From Octopus vulgaris (Eukaryota), in assembly GCA_951406725.2 (NCBI GenBank), contig OX597816.1, positions 102,114,001-102,178,000 of the forward strand: a stretch of 64,000 nucleotides of DNA. The letters are read 5' to 3'. Below the pieces are notes generated by a model. That model had not been told where the DNA came from and did not search any database. It saw nothing but the letters and a program-made list of their open reading frames with translations. How positions within the stretch are numbered: the stretch's first letter is position 1; the number at the start of each line of letters is the position of its first letter. This document shows, piece by piece, positions 27,191-41,182 of the stretch. A program made the translations under genes and the position numbers.

Positions 27191-28299
27191 TTCTATAAAT
27201 ACCACAACATATAGTGAGGTTGTGAATGTTATGTTATGTTTTCTAAATCTTTTCTCTTTAATAAAGATTGGTTAGTATTATATTTTTTTAGAGTAATTGA
27301 ATGACAGACTTAATGTTTAGTGACTCTTTTTAATTATGTCTCTTTATGTCCTAAGCATAAGTCCCTTCAAGATGGAGAAAATAAGTTCATTTATATATTG
27401 GGGCTGATTCAAATCACTATATCACTTCCTTAAAATCTTTTGGCTCCTAAACCTTAACAGAAGTTTAAGGGCTCTCTCTGGTGAAGAGGATTGACCTGTA
27501 AGAGTCCTGTGTCAGTGCCACACAAAAAAGCACTAGTTCCAGTTCCACATGAAAATGTTCATGCAGTACACATTAAAAGCACACAGCACACATTGTAAAG
27601 TGGTTGGCATTAGCAAGGGCATCCTGCTGTAGAAACCATGCCAAATCTGACTGGAACCTGGTGTGCAGCTCTCCGGCTTGCCAGCTCTGGTCAAACCCTC
27701 CAACCCATGCCAGCATGGAAATTGGACATTAAATGGTGATGATGATAACTCACTATTTTCTCTCTTGAAGGTGGCAAGTTGGCAGAATCATTAGCATGCT
27801 GGACAAAATGCCTAGCAGCATTTCTTCCACCTCATTACATTCCAAGTTCAAATTCTGCTGAGACCAGCTTTCCTTTTCATCCTTTCAGAGTCAATTAAAT
27901 AAAGTACCAGTCAAGTATTGGGGTTGATGTAATCAACTTACCCCTCCCCTCAAAGCTGCATACTCTGCACCAACATTAGAAAACAATATTTTCTTTCTTG
28001 CATAATTTTTATCTGACATTAAGTTGAAACAGGTATTGCATTACAGCAAAGTCATGCTTACCATTCATAAACACACACACACACACAATTATTGTTTATT
28101 TGTTGCACATGATACACTCATGATATATAATCTCTCTCTCTCTCTCTCTCTGTGGGTTTCAATTCTATGCCGCAATACAATGGTACAAATACCACAGTAT
28201 ACCAGTATGCTGCAAGGAATGTCTAGGTGTACTGTGGATTCCTAAAATTAAGGCTTTAGAAAATGCATAGAAATGTTTAAGTCTTGGAAACTTGTGCGT

Positions 28300-30322
28300 G
28301 GGAAAAAAAAAAGAGGTCACCTACCTTCCTCTCTCATCTGCGCCTGTCTAATAGTAGTTACTCTGGTGATCCTGTCCTACCCTGTCACCCAATAATAAGC
28401 AGCTGCTATCTCCAACTTGAGAGCAAATTCCCACATGCCCATTTGCAATGCCTCGGTCGGCCAAAAGAGAATAACTTTCTCCTGTCCCCCCTTCTGTTTC
28501 ATGCTTCTTCTTCCTGTCAGTCCCTTGACCATTGACATCATGGCCCTCTTCTTCTGGCTCAGCCCCACACACCCCTACCCCCAATCTCAAAGATCACCTC
28601 CTCACTTCACTCTGTATTGAAATCTACCACCCACCCAGATGGGTGCCTTGCATGTTGTGACCTTCTTAAACTGGGAACCTCGTTGTCTTCCTCTTCTCCA
28701 CAATCATCATCTGATAAAGCAACAATCCTATGAACATCCAAGACATGATGCAGCAGTCCATTGACAGGGATGTTGTTTTTGGAATTGACAACCACTACTA
28801 TTCCTCTGTACCACTGAGTTGTGCTGCGTGCATTTTGGTAGCTCGACCCAGACTTCATTTCCCACCTCCATGAAGTCAGGTCCCCTCTCTTCTACAGGGC
28901 ATCTCAATGGCTTACTCAGACGCTGCCATTCATATTTGAATATCGCTCTATGTGACATGGACTCTTCAGCCTGTCCTGATTGGGGTGACATGTTGTACCA
29001 GAACACCACTTCCAGCAGTGAGACATCTCCCCTCTCCACCATGGCATTGATTGTTTGATGATGTCTCTCCACAATCCCATTTCCACTTGGCCTGTATACG
29101 GCTCTAAAAAAGCGATGCACTTTCCACCTGTCAAGCATCTCCTTTGGCGCCTCCGAACAAAATGCTGTGCTGTTGTCCATCAGCAATTCATCCACAGGGC
29201 CCCACTCTAAGAATACCTCATTTAGAATACATGCTATCTTGTCTGCTGTACCTGTCCTCAATTCCCTTCAAATGGCCATCTGGCCCGGCCCACAATCGAC
29301 CATTGAGAGATACGTCCCCTATCGGCAGTGTGTTATATCCACTGCTAATTGTCTCCAGTTGTGCTATACCGAAACATTTCCCTGCTCATGCACACCTAGA
29401 GCAGGGTCGATGGATTGACACCTGTCGCAGTTCCTGACTACCTTCTGGATACCCCGTCTGGTAACATCAGTGTTAATCCTCCTAATGAGATACAGAGTCC
29501 TATCCACGCCCATATGATGCATGGCATGCAGTCTCCTTAGCTTGGAGTCATTTAACTGACACACCACGGCTACCCCTTGCTTTGATTCTTCCAGCTCCCC
29601 TAACCAGGCCTTTTTTACCCTGGTTAGAGTGTCTGCCTTGTTTCCTCTCTGAAGGCACAAAAACCACATTCAGCTTCAGGCTGACCTTGCCATTCAGCTC
29701 CCCTAGAATCCCTAGGCGGTGCTTCACTAGCATTTCCGCAGCCCCTTTGGTTCACACCTTCTTCTTGTTGGTGATCACTGATCTTACCCAGCCAAGTACA
29801 GTAGCTGAATCCGTCCTGATTTCGATGAGGCACAGCCCCCATTTTAGGGCCAAATTCACTCCCTTCAGCACTGTGTCCAACTCAGCGACATAGTTGTAGT
29901 TGTCTGCTTTTTGAAGCCAGGTGGCATCCTCTACTTTGGTACTTCCGATCTCCAACATGCTGCCTATTGCAATACTGCTAGCATCACACCCTACGATCCC
30001 ACTATCCAATTTGGGCACATGCCAGTTCCTTCTGACTGGGTCTTTCACTCTCATCCTCTCTAGGATTTCTAACATCATCACCACTGTCCCCTCTCCCACC
30101 TTATCACTCCAGTTCTCTCCTTCTGCTTGTCTCTTGGTGTAACTTCATGCCATACACAGCCACTCCATGATAGGGTAGTGACCTACTAACTTCCCGCACA
30201 TTGAAAACAGTTCTCTCTTTCTGACGTTGGTACCCAGCTCCGGGATCTCATTCCCTCTATGAAACACCAACTCACCTGTTCTATTTCCCTGAAGCTTAAG
30301 CCCCAGTGCAGCTCCTCCAGCC
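28300..30322 (-). mobile_element. Degenerate Ty3/Gypsy LTR retrotransposon pol remnant (RT end, RNase H, integrase), possible 3' LTR below ~28600
   Basis: RNase H GCDASSIAIG...AELDTVLKG...IRTDS; integrase H..HHMGVDRT..C..C, LLMDNSTAF, YRPSGNGIVERHHQTI; frameshifts and stops. Confidence 0.9.
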
Positions 30323-30624
30323 ATTGTGAATAAGTTTCCCCACAGAAACTTATTCACAATTTTGTTATACACAAGTATTATTAATAAAACAAGTTATCTT
30401 TTATCTTTTACTTGTTTCTAGCATTGGACAGTGGCCATGCTGGGGCACTACTTTAAAGGGTTTTAGTTGAACAAATTGACCCTTACTTAGTTTTTAAAGT
30501 CTAGTATTTATCCAATTAGTCTCTTTTGCCAAACCACTAAGTTAGGGGACGTAAACAAACAAGCACCAGTTGTCAAAAAGAGTGGTGAAAGACACAAACA
30601 TATATATACATATAGAAACAGGTA

Positions 30625-30655
<31 letters not shown>

Positions 30656-31283
30656 TATGGGTATTTTTCAATTTCTATCTACCAAAACTACTCACAAGGC
30701 TTCTGTCAGCCTTGTGCTATAGTAGAAGACACTTGTTCAAGGTACCAAACCGTGAGACTGAACCTGGAATCATGCGGTTGGAAAGCAAGATTCTTGACAC
30801 ACAGTCATGCCTATGCCTGTAGTTAGCCAATGGTTTTCTATATTTTTACCTAAATTTTTAAGCTTAAAATCCAAAGATTTTTTAAAAACTTTCCATGTGA
30901 AGTGTACTAATAATTTTTTGTTTGATCTCTATGTTTGAAGTCGATGGTGCTAAGAGCAATGGACTTGCAACAGCTGAAGAAATACAGAGATTGTTGTATC
31001 ATTGGCTCAGAAACTTGATGTCCTGTATGTGAGTCGCCTTACCTGTATTATTCAATAAATATAGTATTTTATTTCCAATGATATTGAGGTCTACCACTTT
31101 TGACATTGCAGGTGATTTGTCAAGATATATATACACATATATACATACATGCACACAGGACAGGCCAAAAGTCATGCACCAAATAAGTAAAAACATGCTT
31201 CAAATTTTCTAAAATTGAATAAAATGATGAATAGACATGTACTTGTAGGTCATGAGCAAAATAAATAATAATAATAATAATAA

Positions 31284-32721
31284 TCTATATATATATAAAA
31301 CTGAGAATGTGTGTGTGTGTGTGTTCATCACTAAAACTCAAGAACTACCCAACTAATTTCATTCAAATTTTACACATGCCTTACTTAGGGTCCATGCTGT
31401 GACACACACACACACAATATATATATATATATGCACGCACACACACACACACACCAAAATAAATATCAAATGGAAATTGTAGTTGTGATACCTGTGCCGG
31501 TGGCATGTAAAAAGCACCATCCGAATGTGGCCGCTGCCTTGACTGGCTTCTGTGCCAGTGGCATGTAAAAAGCACCAACTGATCATGGCTGCTGTCAACC
31601 TCCCCTGGCACCTGTGCCAGTGGCACATAAAAAGCACCCACTACACTCACGGAGTTGTTGGCATTAGGAAGGGCATTCAGCTATAGAAACACTGCCAGAT
31701 CAGACTGGAGTCTGGTGCAGCCTCCAGGTTTCCCAGACCCCAGTCGAACCAGCCAACCCGTGCTAGCACGGAAAACAGATGTTAAACGATGATGATGATG
31801 ATGATATATATGTACATATAAGGCAAATAAGAAAATGGAGAGGATATACAATCGACAAACATCAGCCTGTAAACATTCAATTATATCTATTTATTAATTG
31901 TTTACAAACATATGTGTAATTGATACGAGTAAACGAATGAAATAAGCCAATAAATACGTAAACATTATATATATATATATATATACAAAATAAATGTATA
32001 ATAATAGATGAGTGTACAGATTAGTATCTGTACACTCATGTATTATTATCCATGTATTTGTATATATATATATATATCTGTTTACATAATTATTGGCTTA
32101 TTTCATGTTTACTTGTATCACTTACACTTGTTTTTAACCAATTAATAAATAGATGTAATTGAATGTTTACTGGCTGATGTTTGTCGATTGTATATCCTCT
32201 CCATTCTCTTATTTGCCTTATAAATCCTGGGTAAATTTCTAATTTACCCCCACCCATACTTAGTATTGAATTGTGATATTGTCATGCAATAGTAAGCACT
32301 TGGTTATAAATATGTAGGTACATATCCAGTAGTATATTGGATATTTAATATCGCTTAGATAGTTTCTTAACCTCTAACTCATACAGACATATATGTGTGT
32401 GTATATATATAGATATACATGTTTATATACATATACATGGCTATATATATATATGGATGTATGTATATATGTGTACCTGTGTTTGTACCCCCATTAATGC
32501 TTGACAGCCGATGTTGCTGTGTTTATGTACCCATAACTTAGCCATTTGGCAAAACACACCGATAGAATAAGTACTAGACTTACAAAGAATAAATCCTGGG
32601 GTCAATTTCTTTGACTAAAAGTAGTGCTCCAGTATGGCCATAGTCATATGACTGAAACAAGTAAAACGATAAAAAAAACTATGACATTTTAACCCCAAGC
32701 AACGCCAGGTATCTCTGCTAG
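31284..32721 (+). mobile_element. Non-autonomous Helitron with nested insertions
   Basis: A|TCTATATATATATAAAA 5' end then (GT)n; 3' decayed hairpin CCCAAGCAACGCCAGG then CTAG|T; A/T insertion site, no TSD. Confidence 0.7.
31817..32222. repeat. ~406-bp imperfect palindrome (arms ~200 bp, 4-nt loop at 32022-32025)
   Basis: TATAAGGCAAATAAGAAAATGGAGAGGATATACAATCGACAAACATCAGCC... mirrored by ...GGCTGATGTTTGTCGATTGTATATCCTCTCCATTCTCTTATTTGCCTTATA; centre ATGAGTGTACAGAT-TAGT-ATCTGTACACTCAT. Confidence 0.95.
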
Positions 32722-34929
32722 TGTAATATAAATGTGAAATGTTTTGGTGTGAGACTTTTGGCCCACCCTATACATACACACACACACACACACACATACA
32801 CTATGCTACAGTAGAAGAGGCTTGCCCAAGGTGCCATGCAATGGGACTGAGCTTGCAGCCATGTAGTTATGAAGCAAACTTCTCAACCACTCAGCCACAC
32901 ATGCACCTATATAGTATATATAAATTACCATTAGGTCCCCTAAACCTGTAAGACAACTGCTCAGTGTGATCATACCTTAAAATGGCAAGGTGTATGTATA
33001 AATGATCAGGTTGTAGGTGTACAATGAAAAATCAATACTAGCTGCCAAAAGAGAATCTGATTAATGATTAAATTAAATAATGTGTGTCAAACTTTGAACT
33101 TTTTGGCATGCTGTGAGGCAAAGCAGAGACTAACATTCCAAGCAGAGTGCTCTCTTATTAGAAGAGAAATATCTCTATATCACTCTGCCACAATATGCCT
33201 CACTTTTGTTTAACCCAAATTCAATTTACGATGTCACAGACATTAAATAAGCTACCAATTTTAGTGACTTAATTATAGAGCTTACTGTCGATTTACTCTA
33301 TTACTCATGTCTGTGCTATAAAAATTCATGCAAGGTTTCAGCTGTCAAGATGGTCACAGTTGGAATACCTTTGATCACAGGTCTGCTCCACATGGGGTAA
33401 AACACAATAATAGTCATACAAAGATTACTCCATTTTCTCTGTTGAGGTATAGTAATGCTTGAAATTTTAGTATCTTCTTTATCTCGTCATACATCTTCGG
33501 GTTCATTCTAATTTAATTCTTACTAACACAATCTATAACCAGATCATGTATTCTATTGACTGTTCTTTTACTATACGTTTAATATTCATGCAACTGTTTA
33601 TTATATAAATGATTTCTCTGTACATTAACATGAAAAAATATAAACTTATAGGTTGGCCATATCCTGTGATAAACTTATAATTACATGTCCTCTACTTCCA
33701 AATTTTTCTCCACTTTTTCCTTTCTTTTTTATATGACTTAGTCTGAGAAGGAAAGGTAGCCTCCAAACCCCTTTCAGGACCTTGAGACTGATGTGAGAAA
33801 GTGAAACAAGTTATCCTTAGACTGGTGACATAGCTCAACTGCTCACAATGCTGCAGTATACTCCGTTGATGCTACCCAAAGGTCAAGAATGTGTAAGACT
33901 GGGTGATGGATTAAGTCCTATGAACAAAAAAGATCCCTACAACAATCTTCTAAACAGTTTCAATCCACCAAATTTTACTCTTAAGGCTTTCAAGTTGCTG
34001 TGTAATATGACTGAACTTGAAACTGTGCAGTAACTAACTGAACTTCTTAATCACATGGTCTTGGCTGTGCTCAGTTTATTGTCAGATATTAATGTCACTT
34101 ACTTGAACATTAATGGGTAATCAGTCTCGTTGACTTCTTATAGAAACCAATGGCTACTAGCTCCTCTTTTACTTGCACCCCAATATTGCAAACTACCAAA
34201 TTACAGGTCAAATTTACAATATCTACAATTTTCAGCTTGAGAATTTATGAGTGAAATTTCTTGGTTGGTGCAGGGAGTAGGAACCATAGACTTCTCAGTT
34301 GCCTGTCTTATTAACTCAGACACCTGTTTTTCATGTAACAAGTTGTTATTTATGTACTACTTGTCAGTGGCTTACTAGATATGAGAGTTGGAATGCTACC
34401 TAAATAAAGGTTTATGAGTCTAATCTCAGCTTGAGAAATAGCAGAAATGAATGAAACAGTGTACTCTTAAAAAAGAAAAAAAAAACCTGAGAAAAACTGA
34501 GGTTAACAATCTGAGAAACTTTCTGCTGTCTCTTATAATTTAGTACTAAACAATGAGCCATTGAAGTATCGCCCTTATGTCTGGTCTTTGTTTCTATAAA
34601 TAGTGATTTTCTACTTTGACGAAAGACAAAATATTGGAAAGAAATATAGATAATGAATCAACTTCAACATATTACAAGTACCTACTTTATCAATCTTTGT
34701 ATTTATTTGGTTTAGTATACCTAGTTCAGTACCTAGTGATAAATACAATAATATATGTATGCAGTTTGTTTCTCCACCTTATGCTTTCAACTTATAAATG
34801 TTGGAATTACATTTGTGGGATTTGAACTGAGAAACTGGACGGACAAAGCTAAATATTGAAAACCATTTTGTGCTGTGTTCTTATGTTTCTGTCACATTGC
34901 TCCTCTCTTGTAAGGAGTAATTATATCTT

Positions 34930-35274
34930 CTAAATGTTTCTCAACTGAACAAAGAGTTTTAGTGTGTGTGGTAGCCCCAGTTGTTCGAGTCCCTTCTCAA
35001 GTTTACCAACATAGTTTTCTTTCAGAGTTTGTCGTATAGTTTTCCGACATAATGACTGCAGTGAAGGCAACACAGGTGATGTGGTGTAGCCAAGTCCGGT
35101 GAGATATTCGCGCATTTCTTTCATGTGTAGAAGATTTGTCCTACATGTATTCAGTGAGTGTATATCTGTATAACCCCGTTCATAAATATAAGACAGATTT
35201 AACAGGAATGTCAATACAGTTTTGTAAATTTGTTCTGGTGAAAGCTGGCAGGATAACAGAGCCATGTTAACTAT
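34930..35274 (-). CDS. Ankyrin repeat and SOCS box (ASB-like) protein, last exon with SOCS box
   Basis: tttcag|ATA GTT AAC ATG...TAG; SLQSLCRKTIRQTL...LEQLGLPHTLKLFV = SOCS box. Confidence 0.9.
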   Translation of the reverse strand: MVNMALLSCQLSPEQIYKTVLTFLLNLSYIYERGYTDIHSLNTCRTNLLHMKEMREYLTGLGYTTSPVLPSLQSLCRKTIRQTLKENYVGKLEKGLEQLGLPHTLKLFVQLRNI

Positions 35275-36576
35275 CTGAAAACGATAAGAAAAAGAAAAAG
35301 AATAAATATTAGAAGTAAAACTGAGATTACATGCCTATTCAATGAAAATTGATGTTTGTAATTATATTTGTAATAACCAAACAAATTTCACCACAACAGA
35401 AAATGTTTTGTTCCGATATTATTGTTATAATTATCAAGAGCCTATTGTATACAAAGCTCAATTTCAATCCAATTCAATTAGTTAATGTCAATTTAATTTA
35501 TCAACATTTCTCCACATTGGAATAAATATTTCAAACTATAAAAGAATTTATGAATAATCAATAGTATTTAATAATATTTATATAAAAGTAGAGAAAATAT
35601 TGTTGCCAAAGACAGTGTAAAATGCTTACATTTAAGTTCATACAAGTGATGTTAGTTTAAAAACTTAATTTAATTATTCTCAAAACAAACAGGCATATAT
35701 TCTGGAAGTTTTATTCTTATTAATCATTTCACCAATAAAGATGAACAAAAGATAACAATGACTATTATTCTTCAAATAGCTGCAACTTAGATGCATTTTA
35801 CCAAAATGTGCAAAGAATTCCTGTCCTCCATTAGCTTTGGTAGATTCTTAATTTCATGTGGTGTATCTCTGCTAATAACATCAATGTAGTTGAGTCATCT
35901 TTGTCCTCTATTAGAGTGTGGAAGTCTCCAAAATAGAACATCTGATATGGTCTGTTGTTCAGCATCATAGAAGTGGTCTGCAGTGGCTACCCTGCATGGA
36001 GAAATAATAGTAGAAATGGGCAAAATGCACCCACAAATCTCCTCTTTGAACTTGTGCACATGCCATGAGATGTTTTAAGCCCTCATAAGAAATATGGTGT
36101 ATGTACCATCAAGACAATCTTGAAGCTCTTTCTTCATAGTTCAGGTTTCAGTTGCACAGAGAAGAATGGATATTGTTTACTAGTATATGCCTATAGTGAA
36201 GGCATGTGGCCTAGTGGTTAGGCTGTTGCACTCACAATCACCAGATTATGTATTCAATTCCCAGACCGGGCAGCACATTGTGTTCTGAACATGACATAAC
36301 TGGACTATATTATGTATTACTATTAATGAGTTAACAAAGGTACTCAACATGTTACAGATAGCAACCAAATCTCCCTCAAATCACATGCTACGAGCTTAAA
36401 GAAGGAAGAATACATCGTGTAATGTAGTCCTAAATATGCTGTCTACAAAGGATGGTCCTGGACGGAATGTTTTTGCTCATTGATAAGCTCAATCAGAATT
36501 AACCTGAAAACAAACTGAAATGTATTCCATATCACGTCACAGTCTAATACTGACCACCACTTCAGACTAAACTTAC

Positions 36577-36757
36577 CATTTTATTAGTGTTCTGTAAAAT
36601 GTAATAAAACACAGATGGACACCATGCAGGGCTGCTGAAGCTGCTACCATTTCTTATAAGCATCATAATGATTTCAAAGTTTGGTTCCATTGCACGTACA
36701 GATACCATGAAGGGGCTGATGCCTTCGTTGTCAGCAGCATCAATTTTTGCACCATAA
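36577..36757 (-). CDS. ASB-like protein, middle exon (ankyrin repeat)
   Basis: cccag|T TAT GGT...ATG|gtaagt; joins the upstream exon as LLLD-YGAKIDAADNEGISPFMVSV. Confidence 0.9.
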
Positions 36758-39049
36758 CTGGGATGGAAAAAAAGCAAAGAAGGTCAGAGATTAAAAGATT
36801 AATAAAACAACAGATAAAGAGAATCAAAAGGCAATCTGTTTAATAACACAAGAATTATTGGATTTGAAATATTTTTGCCTTTTTGTTAATTATTAAATCA
36901 AAAAGTCCATTGTGTGTGTTTGTGTGTGTGCACGCACAAACATTACTGTCTCCATGACATCATGTGATAGTTATAAACGAGGATTATCAAGCAAATAGTG
37001 TCCTTTGTTTCCAATATTCTGTGAAAACATGTCTGGCCATGGGGAAATATCATCTTGCTTGGAAACAGATGACAAGAAGGACATCCAATCATGGAAAATC
37101 TGCCTTAACAAATTCCATCCAACCTATGTAACCATGGAAAATGGGATGTAAAAAAATGATGATAATTATATACACACACACACACACACATCATCATCAT
37201 TTAACCTTTTTTAATTCTGGCATAGATTGGAGAACTCAGTATGAAGTAATGAATCAGAGGGCCATACCAACTCCAATGTCTATGTCTACTTTGACATTGT
37301 TTCTACAGCTGGATGCCCTCCCTAACACCAACCACTTCACAGAGTGTATACTGGATGCTTTTGTTTGTGGCACCAGCACTGGGATGGTCATCAAGTACTC
37401 GCAAAACAAGATTCCTCAAATGAGTAGAGTGTAGAATTGAGGGATACGAAAGTATTACAGAGACACAGAAGCGGGTGTCTTACTGAAGAAATGAATACAT
37501 AGCATCCCCACAATCCACACACATCCTTCACCCTCTTATTACATATGCCTCTTATCACTCACCTATCTGTCATCCATGTCCCTATCACCCATGTTCTTAT
37601 TATTCAAGTTTCTAGTGACCATGCTTTCATTGCTCATCTCTCAATCATTCTCTCCTATATCTAGAAAAATGGTTCTTTACCATACATTGCTTCCAGTGTA
37701 ACTAGAGATGCCACAGGATGCCACCCACTCTTAAACACTCCTACTCTACTTCTCTATCTTTATTATTCTAGTTCTCTTACCCAATATTTAAAGGGTTTCT
37801 TTCAATGGTTTAATCTTTGTTAGTTTCCTCCATACCTTCTTTTATCATTTGTTGTTGTCCCAAGTTGACCCTAGTTGAATGAACTTATGAGTAAAGGTTT
37901 TCTAGCCATGACTACTTGATCTTTTTTATTATTCTAGATATAGCATACCACAGATTACATTATCCATCAATTTATATCAGGTCCACATTAAGTAAGCATT
38001 GTAGGAGCTAAAAGCAAAATTTTTATATTTTCCCTTCATATGCTGTCAAAATGATATGGAGACATTGTGAATGAGATATGTCAACTGGATCAGCCAACAA
38101 AAGTTAAAAATAGAAATACAATCAAGGAAACTAATCTATTCTAGTTATAACTCATTTCAACAAGTACTGATATGTTAACCAATCTGAGTGAGTAAACTAC
38201 ACAGACAGCCGGATATAGAGCTGTATGAATGGTTAAGGGTAAAGTTCAGATCTAACTTGAATGGTACACAATACATATTGTGATCAATATTAAGATAGAG
38301 TGTTCACTAACATATTTGCTTGTTTTATACATGCAGTATATGTGGAATTTCCACAGTTATTTTAAAAACTATAAGATTATTGGAAGTTTATAGAGAACCA
38401 TGTAGTAACATGATTTTTTTAAAAATAGCATTTAATATAATATAAATGTTCTGTCTATGGTAGTTTATGTCATTAATTTTACTCCATAGTTTATCATTAC
38501 TTGTTATGAAAAATATAAATGTAGTGTGTATAACAGCTTATGTCTTTGATTTCATTCTATAATTATAATGTTACATACACAGAAGGTAGAAGAATGGTAT
38601 TAGGTAACAGAAATGTAACAGTCATTCTTTAGAAATTGAAATTTAAGAAGATAATGTCAAGATGATGGCTATTGCTTTTGACTAAGGAACATGTTAAATC
38701 ATCCAGGGATTTTTAAAAATATGAACTTCAGTCCAATATAAAAAAATAAATAATAAGTAAATTTTTTGTTGTCACCTGCTAAGCAATACAAAAACTGTGA
38801 ACTGATGATTTTATAAGCTAACAGTTTTACTAACATCCTTAATACAATAAACTGCTACGGTTCTTACTGGGTAGATGGATGGATGGCTCTCAGTTGTTTG
38901 ACTGAGGGTTCAATTGTTCAATCAACTAAATTATCTGCTCAGATGTTACATACTGCAGAAAATCTTAGCCATACTACCATTCTACACTGGCAGAAATCAT
39001 CATAAACAAGATTAGAGGAACAAACACATCAAAATCTTCAATGCGATGC

Positions 39050-40150
39050 AGTAGCATAATGCTATCAAGAAAGAAGCCTTGAGCCAGCTTGAAGAAATCA
39101 ATCCATTGATCCAGAAAAATGAAAAGCAATTCTGCATAGACAAATAACTAAACATAATCCTTGAGAAATTCTTGAAAGAAATCATACCAGAAGGATTACA
39201 ATTGGTACTTGAAAACAACTGATTCTTTTTTGATAAGCAAAATTATCTTCAAATATAAAGAAAAACAATGGACACAGTAGTCCCACTTCCTCTTGCAACA
39301 TTAATGATAAGATGTTTAGAAATTGAAAAATCCAGTCTGAGATTATTTTTGAGTGTTTCAAATCTTGTTTAAAAGAAAAATGGAAAAGCCTTCTGGATAA
39401 CTGCTTTATATTTTAGAAGAGAATTGAGGTAGACTACAAAATTCCATAAATTAATCAATAACGTTCATGAATCAATCCAATTCACAATAGAAATAAATGA
39501 AAGGGAATTTAATTTCCATTTCTGAACATTTTAGTAATTTAGAAAAATGAGACAATTATAATCAATCACTACTGCAAAGACATGGACAGGCACCAATAGC
39601 TAAAGTTTAGATCCTGACACCCATTCTGCACTAAAAAAAATATCCCATTTAACATGGCAAGGCATGTAAGAGTAGTATTTATAGACTCAACTAGAAAAGA
39701 AAGAGAGAACTAAAAAAAAAAAATCTTTCAGGAACCAAAATAACTGAAAAAATATAAAACACCATAACCAAAGCAAAACAAATCCTAACCACTGGTTTAT
39801 GGAGAAACTCTCACAAGGAGGAGAACACAGAAATTTTACAATTGTAGTCACCCACAACCTCGTAAATCACAACAGCCAAAAAATACTTTCCAATACAAAC
39901 CTAAGGGAAACTGCAAGCCTTAAAAGACTCTTAACAAAGATGATATTCACATCAGAAGAGGAATGTTTCATGCAATGAACATCTAGATCTTTGTTCAGTT
40001 AAAAATATTCTCTTTTTATGGAAAAAAGGAACAATTATTAAAGGCAAAAGAAGACTATTTTATAAAGATCTTCGATCTGAAATTAAACCAGAAATAATAA
40101 CCACTACCAAATGCAGTTCCTACTATACAGATAACAACCTAGAAATTTTT
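39050..40150 (+). mobile_element. Degenerate Penelope-like element RT remnant in ASB intron
   Basis: LVLENN*FFFDKQNYLQI*RKTMDT, KWKSLLDNCFIF, NNVHESIQFTIE, PFLNILV, S*HPFCTKKNIPFNMAR. Confidence 0.8.
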
Positions 40151-41063
40151 ACTTTATACTAAATGTGTTTGAAAAGCTGAAGACAGCAAAGGCACTCACA
40201 CATAAACTCTACTCATTCAAATCTATGTTAATATGCTGTTTTTCAAGATCTCTTTTTGTTATAAATGATTAATAATTTTTAATTAAAAAAATTTCATATA
40301 TATTAGTTGAAATTTACAGAAAAACAAAAGATGAAGACAGGTGTATGAACAACAAGCAGATGTATTAGTTTGATGCTCTGGAAGGTGAGAAAATCTTTTA
40401 CATTTTGAGCCTATACTCTTCAACAGGAAGGAATACGAGGAAATAAACAGAGAGAATTAGAAAAAATGTAGATTTAGCAATCAAGCATATATATATATAT
40501 ATATATATACTCATCATCTTGTTTTAACATTCAGGTTTCCATGCTCACATGGGTTGTCCGGAAGATTTTCTACAGCCAGATGCCCTTCTGTTACTAACCC
40601 TGACTTATTTCCAAGTAAAGTGATATTTTCCCTGTGACCAACATGGGTCAGAAGACTGAGAATGAAGGACACCCCTGGCATGACAGTGATACTCGCTTAC
40701 AAAGATGATGTAATGTACCACACACATACATACATACATACACACACATGCACATGCATACATGACATGCTTCTTTCAGTTTCCATCTATCAAATCCGTT
40801 CACATGGCTTTGGTCAGCTCAAGGCTAAAGTAGAAGACACTTACCCAAAGTGCCATGTGGTGGAACTGAACCTAAAACCATGTAGCTGTGAAGCAAACTT
40901 CTTACAACAAAGCCATAGCATGGAAAACGGACATTAAACGATGATGATGATATACATATATATATGTATATATACACACACATATCTATAAATATATATA
41001 TGATGTACATATATATCTTGCTCAAATGATAAAATGATCACCTAAGTTGTGTTAGCTCTTGTT

Positions 41064-41182
41064 GAACCCTGAAGAAGTCCTATGATAATATAGTATGAAT
41101 ATGGCAACTTCCTTGGCTTTAAACGATATGCTAGGAGATTCCCATCAACTACATGGTATGACAGAAACATATATGTAGGTTC
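41064..41182 (+). ncRNA. Type-I hammerhead ribozyme motif with palindromic loop III
   Basis: GAACC-CTGAAGA-AGTCCTATG..CATGGTATGACA-GAAA-C-ATATAT-G-TA-GGTTC; GUA cleavage triplet. Confidence 0.6.

Noticed and set aside
31488-31640. Three spaced direct repeats (GTGCC.GTGGCA..TAAAAAGCACC), superficially CRISPR-like
   Set aside because: Internal tandem units of SINE family C in eukaryotic DNA; no cas genes
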